DNA from: Alphaproteobacteria bacterium | GTDB lineage: Bacteria > Pseudomonadota > Alphaproteobacteria > UBA2966 > CAIVPW01 | Assembly: GCA_016869235.1 (NCBI GenBank) | Contig: VGER01000004.1 | Location: 5,454 to 69,453 of the forward strand | Direction of reading: 5' to 3' | Length of the DNA: 64,000 bases | Part shown: positions 40,421-48,448 of the stretch, in pieces | How the letters are laid out: each line of letters begins with the position of its first letter | Numbering within the stretch: position 1 is the first letter of the stretch | Program-made: the position numbers and the translations under genes | The notes under the pieces: model-generated | Seen by the model: only the letters and a program-made list of their open reading frames with translations | Told to the model about the DNA's origin: nothing | Databases searched by the model: none

Positions 40421-40464
40421 GCAATGCTTGTGCCAGGAGAAATCTTTTACAGATCAGTAGTTTA
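40421..40464 (-). promoter_or_regulatory. Sigma54 (-24/-12) promoter with adjacent IHF-like site
   Basis: Minus strand CTGGCAC-AAGCA-TTGC (40436-40421); GATCAGTAGTTTA at 40452-40464 in an AT-rich patch. Confidence 0.7.
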
Positions 40465-40565
40465 GAAACCGTCAACGGAGCCGGTGCGGTTGCCATGCGC
40501 GGCACTTTCTGCTCCCCGGCAAAAGCGCGCCGCCGCTTCTGCCCGGCGGCGCTATTGTCGGCGGC

Positions 40566-41355
40566 ATGGCTCGATGGACCGCTTGCATCGTTGGCGCCGT
40601 GCTGCAGTTGCTGCTCGCTGCGCTTAGCAGCGCGGCCGACTTGGTGCCGCAACGCGCGCTGTTCGAGCTTGCCCTAGTGCCCGGCGGCGCGCCCGGCGTG
40701 GTCGCGGTCGGCGGCCGCATCGCCTTCGAGTACGAGGTCGTCTGCGATGGAGCCGTGACCCGGCACGCCCGTCAGCTCCTGGTGCGCGACGCCCTCGGCA
40801 AGGTGACAGAGGTGCGCTCGACGGCGCGCCTGTGGGAGCGCGCCGACGGCGGGCGATATGACCTTCGAGACGACCAACGTCTACGGAACGCAGCAGGACC
40901 CGCCGTTTGCCGGCCGCGCGGTGCGGGCTCCCAACGCAGCCGGGCAGGGGCATGTCGACCTGGACGTGCCGGGCGGCACCTTCGCGCTCGGCCCCGCCAC
41001 GCTGTTTCCGTCCGCGCATTCGCGCGCGGTGCTCGATGCCGCGCTGCGCGGCAACCGGATGGTGACTCACAAGCTCTGCGAGGGCGGCTCGCCTGCGGCG
41101 TACACCGTGGTAAGCGTGGTAATCTCCGACCCGCGGCCGCCGGATCGCACCGAGCCCGGATTGGCCGGGAAAAGCTCGTGGAATGTCCGCGAGGCGCATT
41201 TCCGTCCGGGCAGCATCGCCGAGACCCCCGCGTACGAGATCGGCTTTCGCCTCTACGAGGGCGGCATCATCGACATCCTCGAGCTCGATTTCGGCACCTT
41301 CCGGGTAGCTGCAAGGCTAGCATCCCTGGAGATACTGCCGGCGCCGCGCTGTTAG
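40566..41355 (+). pseudogene. EipB (DUF1849)-like envelope protein, +1 frameshift near 40850
   Basis: Signal peptide, LVPQRALFEL, CDG, WE..DG; then FPSAH, P.YE..F.LYEGGI, terminal Cys in the next frame. Confidence 0.7.
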
Positions 41356-41364
41356 CGGTGGGCA

Positions 41365-41404
41365 CGGGGCTCGGTAGTGTCTCATGAGACACTACCAGGG
41401 GCTC
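41365..41404. mobile_element. IS/MITE footprint: 24-bp perfect palindrome with near-duplicated 8-bp flanks
   Basis: CGGGGCTC-GGTAGTGTCTCA|TGAGACACTACC-AGGGGCTC. Confidence 0.55.
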
Positions 41405-41493
41405 GGCAGACTTGCACGGGAGGCTCCGGCTCGGCTAAGGCCTCGGGGCGCCTGGACGAAGCTGTAAGGGTTATTGGGCGCCCGGGGGCCGCG

Positions 41494-42625
41494 GTGACGC
41501 CGAGAGAGCTCGTCGACATTCTGCGCAAGCACGAGCGCTACGTGAAACGCCAGGCCGACGGCGCACGCGCCGACTTGCGTGGGGAGGACCTGTCCGGCCT
41601 GCGCCTGCCCGGGCTCAAGCTCCAGGACGCCTCGCTGGCCGGCGCCGACTTCCACAACTCCGACATCAGCCAGGGCGACTTCAGCGGCGCGGACCTCTAC
41701 GGCGCCAACCTCGAGCGCGCGGTGGCGAGCGCCGCAAACTTCGAGCGCGCCGATATGCGCGGCATCCGCCTCTGCGGCAGCCTGCTCACCAAGTGCGCGC
41801 ATGCGCGGCGCCGACCTGCGTCCCGGTCTGGTGCGCGGCTCCAACGATCTGCAGCACGCGGATCTATCCGACGCCAATCTCGACCAGTCGAACTTGGAAC
41901 GCGTCAAGGGCGACAACGCCAAGCTGCGGCATGCGTCGTTGCGCGAGGCCAACCTCAAGAAGGCGATCCTGCCCAACTCCGACCTGCGCGGCGCTGATTT
42001 GTCCGGGGCCGATCTGCGCTCGGCGTTCCTGAGCGGAGCCGATCTCGCCGGCGCCAACATCGGCCAAGCCAAGCTGAATGGCGCGCGCCTCATCGGCGCC
42101 ATCCTCGTTGGCGTCGATCTGCATTCGGCCGACCTGCGCGACGCGGCCGGCCTCGGCCTCGCCAAGCTGCCCGCGGACGTCCAGAAGATCGTCCGCGAAC
42201 ACGTCGTATGGTCGGAGTCGGGCGGAACGCACGGCAGCCGCGCGGTGCTGGAGTCCGCCGATCTGCACGGCGTCGACCTCGCCGGCATCTACCTTAGCGG
42301 CGCGGGCATGAAGGGCTGCAATTTTTCTAACGCGGTCCTCACCGGCGCGCAGTTCGTGCTCACCGACTTGGGCGAGGCGAACCTGTCCAACACCGACTTG
42401 CGCCGCGCCGACCTCTCCGGTGCGCAGATGGCGGGCGCTAACCTGGCGCGCGCCAAGCTGTCCTGCGCCGTCCTGAAGCCGGTCGAGTTGCGCGATCCCA
42501 AGGGCAACCTGACCGGCAAGATGGCGGCCACCAACTTGCGCGGCGCAATCCTCACCGACGCCGACATCAAGAACGTCGATTGGTCCGAGGCGGTGGGAGC
42601 CGAGGGCCTCGGCACCGTGAAGTAG
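41494..42625 (+). pseudogene. Pentapeptide-repeat protein, +1 frameshift near 41794
   Basis: Repeats continue from the ORF 41377 frame into the ORF 41579 frame; removing T41794 restores LTKARMRGADL. Confidence 0.8.
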
Positions 42626-42639
42626 CGGCCGCCTGGACG

Positions 42640-43590
42640 CTACTCCCCTACCGGCCACAGCCACGCGGCGCCGCGCACGCCGCTCGAGTCGCCGTGCCGG
42701 TTGCGCCGGAGCGGCGTGCTGACGTCGCGCGGAACGTGGGCATCGCGTGCGGAGCACGCTTCCGGCGTTGCCGAGAACACGTATTCGCCCCACAGCTTGG
42801 GTACCGCCTCGTAAAGAGAGGCGATGTTCGACACGCCGCCGCCCAGCACGATGACGTCCGGATCGAGCACGTTGATCACGCTCGCCAGCGCCTTCGCCAT
42901 GCGCCGCGCATGGCGGCCAAGGGCGGCGGCCGCCGCCGCATCGCCGGCCGCTGCGGCCGCCGCGATCTCCTGGGCGCTCGACGTGCGCCCGCTTGCGCGC
43001 GCGAAGTCCGCGGCGAGTCCCGGCCCCGACAGGAACGTCTCGATGCAGCCACGCTTGCCGCAATAGCAGGGCGGGCCCGGCCGCTCGTCTTCGTCCGGCC
43101 AGGGCAGCGGATTGTGGCCCCACTCGCCCGCGATGGCGTTAGGACCGGTCAGCACCTTCCCGTCCACGGCGATGCCGCCGCCCGTGCCGGTGCCGACGAT
43201 GACGCCGACCACCACCCGATGGCCGGCACCGGCGCCGTCCACCGCTTCCGACAGGGCGAAGCAGTTGGCGTCGTTGGCCAGGCGGACGCGCCGTCCGAGC
43301 ACTTGCTCGAGGTCGCGGTCGAGGGGGTGGCCAATGAGGTTGGTGGAGTTGGCGTTCTTTACCAGGCCGGTTGCCGGCGACAGCGCGCCGGGAATGGCGA
43401 TGCCCACCGGCGTCGTCGCCGCGACGCGCGTCTCGCGCGCCAGCGCCGCCACCAGGTCGGCGATGGCGCGCATCGTCGCATCGTAGGCGCCGCGCGGCGT
43501 GGCGACGCGCTTGCGCGCTTTCTCGACGCCGTCGTCGCCGAGGACGATGCCTTCGATCTTGGTGCCGCCGAGGTCGATGCCGAGCCGCAT
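42640..43590 (-). CDS. ROK-family sugar kinase (fructokinase/Mak-like)
   Basis: GIDLGGTKIE, NDANCFALSEA, GTGTGGG, GEWGH, CYCGK.GC.E, HGDSSGVRGAA. Confidence 0.92.
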   Translation of the reverse strand: MRLGIDLGGTKIEGIVLGDDGVEKARKRVATPRGAYDATMRAIADLVAALARETRVAATTPVGIAIPGALSPATGLVKNANSTNLIGHPLDRDLEQVLGRRVRLANDANCFALSEAVDGAGAGHRVVVGVIVGTGTGGGIAVDGKVLTGPNAIAGEWGHNPLPWPDEDERPGPPCYCGKRGCIETFLSGPGLAADFARASGRTSSAQEIAAAAAAGDAAAAAALGRHARRMAKALASVINVLDPDVIVLGGGVSNIASLYEAVPKLWGEYVFSATPEACSARDAHVPRDVSTPLRRNRHGDSSGVRGAAWLWPVGE

Positions 43591-43892
43591 CAGTCCGGCG
43601 GCGCGAATCCGGGCAGCTTGGCGCGCGCTCGCGCCGGCCACTCGGGCGGCACATCCACGTCGGCGCAGAAGCGCAACAGCAGCGGCTCGTCAGCGAGCAG
43701 GAAGTCGAGCACCGCCGCCAGCAGCAGGGGGTCCTCGGGATTGGCGCGCACCTCGTCGGGGCTCACACCGGTTGTGCCAAGGAACCGGCCGAGAGCCTCG
43801 TCCTCGCCGGCCAGGAAGGCGAGCACCTGAATCGCCAAGTTTGTGGCCTCTTCCGCGCCGAGAAGGCGCTTCGCTTGGCGGGTTGGGGGCAA
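43590..43892 (-). CDS. DUF3572-family protein
   Basis: A..LAI.VL.FLA....L.RFL..TG, L.AVLDFLL.DE; divergent from pleD as is usual in alphaproteobacteria. Confidence 0.8.
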   Translation of the reverse strand: MPPTRQAKRLLGAEEATNLAIQVLAFLAGEDEALGRFLGTTGVSPDEVRANPEDPLLLAAVLDFLLADEPLLLRFCADVDVPPEWPARARAKLPGFAPPD

Positions 43893-44022
43893 GGTGGTAC
43901 ACCCTCGATTGTTGCGGGCAGCTAATCGGTCCGCTCGCCCGGAATTGGTCGCACCATGCAGGGTCTTGTCGCGGCGCTCAAGTCGCCGGTCTCCATCCCC
44001 GCTCTGAGACGCTAGCCACACC

Positions 44023-45399
44023 ATGCCGGCGCGCGTGCTCGTCGTCGACGACATCCTTCCGAACGTCAAGGTGCTCGAGGCGAAGCTTTCCGCCGAGTAC
44101 TTCGACGTCACCACGGCGATGAGCGGCAAGGAGGCGCTCGAGGCGGTCGCGCGCTCGGCGCCTGACATCGTCCTCCTCGACGTGATGATGCCCGAGATGG
44201 ACGGCTTCGAGGTGGCGCGCCGCATCAAGGGCGAATCCGCCACCGCCCACATCCCGATCGTCATGGTCACCGCCCTCTCGGAGCCCGCCGAGCGCGTGCG
44301 CGGGCTCGAGGCCGGCGCCGACGACTTCCTCATCAAGCCGGTCAACGACCTGCAGCTGTTCGCGCGGGTCCGTTCGCTGGTGCGCTTGAAGCAGACCATG
44401 GACGAGCTGCGCCTGCGCGAGGAAACCTCCACCCAGCTCGGCGTGCTCGACTCGCTGCCGGTCAGCGACGAGCCAAGCACGGTGCAGGTCCTGGTGGTCG
44501 AGGATTCCGACGCCGGTGCCATTGCCGGCGCCTTGCGCGACATCGCCCACGTGAAGGTCGAGAGCGATCCACAACGCGCCCTCGAGTTCGCCGGGCAGGG
44601 CGAGCTCAACCTGATCATCGTCAGCCTGCGCCTGCGCGGGGCCGACGGGCTGCGCTTGTGCTCGCAGCTGCGCACGATGCCGTCCACCAAGCACTCGGTG
44701 GTGTTGGCGATGATCGAGCAGAGCGACACGCCCCAGCTCGTGCGCGCGCTCGAGATGGGCGTCGCCCACTACATCGTTAAGCCGCTCGACCGCGCCGAGC
44801 TCATCGCCCGCGCGCGCAGCCAGATCCGCCGCAAGCGCTATCAGGACCGCCTGCGCCTGTCCTACCAGATGAGCATCGCCATGGCGGTGACCGATCCGCT
44901 GACCGGCTTGCACAACCGCCGCTACCTCACCGGCCACTTGGACAACCTCATCGGCCGCTCCAACGCCGGCGGCAAGCCGACGTCGCTGATGATGCTCGAC
45001 ATCGACTTCTTCAAGAAGATCAACGACACCTGGGGCCATGCCTCTGGCGACGACGTGCTCAAGGAGTTCGCCAATCGCCTGCGCCGCGGCCTGCGCGGCA
45101 TCGACCTTGCCGGACGGTTCGGCGGCGAGGAATTCGTCGTGGCGATGCCCGCCACGGACGCCGAGGCGACGCAGATGGTGGCTGAGCGCTTGCGCAAGTT
45201 CATCGCCGAGGAGCCGTTCCCGATCCAGAACGGCGCCCAGAGCATTGCGGTGACGGCCAGCATCCGCGTCACCACCTCGCGCCCGCCGGCCGACAAGTCC
45301 TCGGAGATGCTGGAGCGTGCCGATCAGGCGCTTTATGCCGCCAAGCGCGGCGGCCGCAACAAGGTCGTGGCCGACGTCGCGGTCAAGGCACCGGCGTAG
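44023..45399 (+). CDS. pleD: PleD-family response regulator diguanylate cyclase
   Basis: REC (VVDD, LLDVMMP), pseudo-REC, GGEEF with RGID I-site. Confidence 0.93.
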   Translation: MPARVLVVDDILPNVKVLEAKLSAEYFDVTTAMSGKEALEAVARSAPDIVLLDVMMPEMDGFEVARRIKGESATAHIPIVMVTALSEPAERVRGLEAGADDFLIKPVNDLQLFARVRSLVRLKQTMDELRLREETSTQLGVLDSLPVSDEPSTVQVLVVEDSDAGAIAGALRDIAHVKVESDPQRALEFAGQGELNLIIVSLRLRGADGLRLCSQLRTMPSTKHSVVLAMIEQSDTPQLVRALEMGVAHYIVKPLDRAELIARARSQIRRKRYQDRLRLSYQMSIAMAVTDPLTGLHNRRYLTGHLDNLIGRSNAGGKPTSLMMLDIDFFKKINDTWGHASGDDVLKEFANRLRRGLRGIDLAGRFGGEEFVVAMPATDAEATQMVAERLRKFIAEEPFPIQNGAQSIAVTASIRVTTSRPPADKSSEMLERADQALYAAKRGGRNKVVADVAVKAPA

Positions 45400-45406
45400 A
45401 AACGAC

Positions 45407-45431
45407 AATGCGCGGGACTGTCCCGCGCATT
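45407..45431. terminator. Palindrome between convergent pleD and rpmG
   Basis: AATGCGCGGGAC-T-GTCCCGCGCATT. Confidence 0.65.
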
Positions 45432-45459
45432 TCTGGTCGCTCGCTGATGGAGGCGGAAG

Positions 45460-45627
45460 CTACTTGATCTTGGCTTCCTTGAACTCGACGTGCTTGCGCA
45501 CCTTCGGGTCGTACTTCTTCATCGTCAGCTTCTCGGTCTTGGTCTTCGGGTTCTTCTTGGTCACGTAGAACGTGCCCGTGTCGGCCGAGCTCACCAGCTT
45601 GATCTTGACGAAATTCTGCTTGGCCAT
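45460..45627 (-). CDS. rpmG: 50S ribosomal protein L33
   Basis: [18 protein letters not shown]...[18 protein letters not shown]. Confidence 0.97.
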   Translation of the reverse strand: MAKQNFVKIKLVSSADTGTFYVTKKNPKTKTEKLTMKKYDPKVRKHVEFKEAKIK

Positions 45628-45708
45628 GGCGGTACCTGATAAGGGCAAAAACGTGCGCGAACCATAGCCGCGCCCGCCCTCAAGTCAAGCCACAGGGCCG
45701 GGAAGGGC

Positions 45709-46134
45709 TCAGAAGCGCGGCGGTTCCTCTTTGATTCCGCCGAATCCGTGCATCTGCACCGCCCACTGGTAGGCGATCAGCGCCCCCTTGATGCGGGGCA
45801 GCAGCCACAGCGACATCAGCAGGAGGGCCGGCAGCCACAGTGCCGCCTGCAGCCACAACGGCGGCATGAAGGCCTGCTCTGTCCACAGCACGCCCAGCAC
45901 GATGACGTGGCCGGTGATGAGCACGGTGAAGTAGGCCGGGGCGTCGTCGGCACGTTGGTGATGCAGTTCCTCGCCGCAGCTCGGGCAGGCGTCGTTGACC
46001 TGGAGGAAGTGGCCGAACAGGCGCCCGCGGCCGCAGCTCGGGCAGGTCTGGCGGAAGCCGCGCTTCAGCGACAGCCAGCGTGGGCGCAGGGGCGGAGTGG
46101 TGTCGAGATGGTTCTGGATGGGCATGGCGTCCAT
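45709..46134 (-). CDS. DUF983-family membrane protein
   Basis: CPSCG.G.LF, CPSCGE, RADDAPAY, two TM segments, KG..IA.QW. Confidence 0.88.
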   Translation of the reverse strand: MDAMPIQNHLDTTPPLRPRWLSLKRGFRQTCPSCGRGRLFGHFLQVNDACPSCGEELHHQRADDAPAYFTVLITGHVIVLGVLWTEQAFMPPLWLQAALWLPALLLMSLWLLPRIKGALIAYQWAVQMHGFGGIKEEPPRF

Positions 46135-46173
46135 ATTGGCGCGCCGCCCGCCGCCGGCAAATGCGGATTTACC

Positions 46174-48444
46174 CTACCGGCGCCGGCCCTTGCCGCGCGG
46201 CGGGCCGCCGTGGCCCCGGTGTCCCCAGTGCGACCCTTTGCCGCGCGCCGAGCCGCATCGTGCGCTGCGATCGAGCCTGCCGCCCGAAATTAGCTCCGCC
46301 AGCAGGCCGCCGCTCGCTGCCGTTGCCTCGACCAGGCGCACCTCGACCACGTCGCCGAGCTGGAGCACCAGGCTGGTGCGCTCGCCGATCAGGCGGTGGT
46401 GCGTCTCGTCGAGCAGGAAGCGCTCGTCGCCGATGGTGCGCATGGGAACGAGCGCGCTCGCTCCCGTCTCGACCAGGGTTACGAACAGGCCCGCCGAGGT
46501 CACGCCGGAGATGCGTGCCGCGAACATGGCGCCGACCTTGTCCGACAGGAACGCGGCGAGGTAGCGGTCGGTGGCGTCACGCTCCGCCATCATGGCGCGC
46601 CTCTCGGTGGCGCTGATGTGGTCGGCGATGCGCTGAAACGCCTCCGCGTCGGGCGCCGGCAATCCATCGTCGCCGAGCCGCAACGCGCTGATGAGCGCGC
46701 GGTGCACCAAAAGGTCGGCGTAGCGGCGGATAGGCGAGGTGAAGTGCAGGTAGTGGCGCAGCGCCAGACCGAAGTGCTGCGACGCCTCGGGGGAGTAGAT
46801 CGCCTGCGCCTGGGTGCGCAGCACCATCTGGTTCACTACCGCCTCGTGCGGGGTGTCCTTGGCTCGCGCCAGCACGGTGTTGAAGTGGCTTGGCCTCAGG
46901 CGTTTCCCTGCCGACAGCTTGTAGCCGAGCGACTCCAGGAACGTGCGCAGCGCGCCGACGCGTTCCGGCTCCGGCTCATCGTGCACGCGGTACATGGTCG
47001 GCCACTGGCTGGCGCCCAGCGTGAGCGCCGCGGCGACGTTGGCGGCGATCATGTACTCTTCGATCAGCCGCATCGAATCGAGGTGCACGCGCGGCCGCAC
47101 GTCGGCGACGCGTCCGTCGGAGCCGAGCCGCACCACCAACTCGGGCGATTCGATCGCCAGCGGCTTGCGCCGCTCGCGCGCCTTCATGAAGCGCTCGAAC
47201 GCGCCCCACAGCGGCGCGAGTAGCTTTTCCGCGGTCGGGTCGCCGCCGCGATCGTGGATCTCCTGCGCGCGCTCGTAGGTAAGGCGCATCGACGAGCGCA
47301 TCAGGCCGCGCTCGATGCGGTGGCGGATCACGTTGCCCTCGGCATCGACGTGCATGGTCGCCACCATGCAGGCGCGCTCCTCGCCGGCCTGTAGCGAGCA
47401 CATGCCGCCGGACAAGGCGTGCGGCAGCATCGGCACGACGCGATCGGGGAAGTACACCGAGTTGCCGCGCAACGCCGCCTCGCGGTCGAGCGCCGAGCCC
47501 GGCCGCACGTAGTGGGCGACGTCGGCGACCGCCACCTTGACGTGCCAGCCGCCACGGTTGTCTGGCGTCTCGTCGGGTTCCGCCCATACCGCGTCGTCGA
47601 AGTCGCGCGCGTCGGCGGGGTCGATGGTCAGGAACGGCAAGGCGCGGAAGTCGTTCCTGCGCTCCAGTTCGGGCACGTATCCCGCGTCGGCTTCGCGCAG
47701 CGCGTCCTGACTGAAGCGGCTGGGAATGCCGTGCTCGTGGATGGCGATCAGGCTGCGCGTGCGCGGATCGTCCAGCCCGCCGACGCGCTCGCGCACCTTG
47801 GCGCGCGCCAGCCCCATGCGGCCCGTGTCGAGAATGTCTGCGACCACCACGTCGCCGGGCTTGGCGCCGGCGGCATCGGCGCCGCGCACGCGGTATTCGT
47901 CGCGCTTGCGCTTGTTGGCGGGCGTGATGCGGCCCTCCCCGCCGATGACCTGGTAGACGCCCAGCACTTCCTGGGGGCCTCGCTCCAGCAGGCGCATCGG
48001 CCGCGCCTCGATCGTGCCGTCGTCGAGGACCTTGGTGCGCGCCAGCACGCGGTCGCCGACCGCCGGCGCCGGCACGCTGTGAGTCGGGATCAGGGCGATG
48101 CGCGGGGCGGGGCCGTCGCCGCGCCACTCGGCCGGTGATGCGTTGACGTCGCCGTCCTTCGACACCGCGATGACCTGGAGCACCGCTACCGAAGGTAGGA
48201 TTGCTTCGCGTCTTGCCCGCCGGCCGCTGGTGCGGGCGATGACGCCTTCGGCGGAAAGCTCGCGCAGCGTGGCGCCCAGCCACCCGGCGTCCGCCTTGCC
48301 GAGGTCGAAGGCGCGGGCGAGCTCGCGCTTGCCGACCTTGCGCGGCGATTCCTTCAGGTAGCGGACGATCTCTTCGCGCGATGGACGCGAAGCGGGGCGG
48401 TCGGCGGACTTGCGGGCGTGAGGAGGGGCGCGGCGGCGAGCCAC
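46174..48444 (-). CDS. rnr: Ribonuclease R
   Basis: TIDP.DARDFDDA, SVYFPDRVVPMLP, HFTSPIRRYADL, S1 domain; GTG start assumed. Confidence 0.94.
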   Translation of the reverse strand: MARRRAPPHARKSADRPASRPSREEIVRYLKESPRKVGKRELARAFDLGKADAGWLGATLRELSAEGVIARTSGRRARREAILPSVAVLQVIAVSKDGDVNASPAEWRGDGPAPRIALIPTHSVPAPAVGDRVLARTKVLDDGTIEARPMRLLERGPQEVLGVYQVIGGEGRITPANKRKRDEYRVRGADAAGAKPGDVVVADILDTGRMGLARAKVRERVGGLDDPRTRSLIAIHEHGIPSRFSQDALREADAGYVPELERRNDFRALPFLTIDPADARDFDDAVWAEPDETPDNRGGWHVKVAVADVAHYVRPGSALDREAALRGNSVYFPDRVVPMLPHALSGGMCSLQAGEERACMVATMHVDAEGNVIRHRIERGLMRSSMRLTYERAQEIHDRGGDPTAEKLLAPLWGAFERFMKARERRKPLAIESPELVVRLGSDGRVADVRPRVHLDSMRLIEEYMIAANVAAALTLGASQWPTMYRVHDEPEPERVGALRTFLESLGYKLSAGKRLRPSHFNTVLARAKDTPHEAVVNQMVLRTQAQAIYSPEASQHFGLALRHYLHFTSPIRRYADLLVHRALISALRLGDDGLPAPDAEAFQRIADHISATERRAMMAERDATDRYLAAFLSDKVGAMFAARISGVTSAGLFVTLVETGASALVPMRTIGDERFLLDETHHRLIGERTSLVLQLGDVVEVRLVEATAASGGLLAELISGGRLDRSARCGSARGKGSHWGHRGHGGPPRGKGRRR

Positions 48445-48448
48445 GCGA

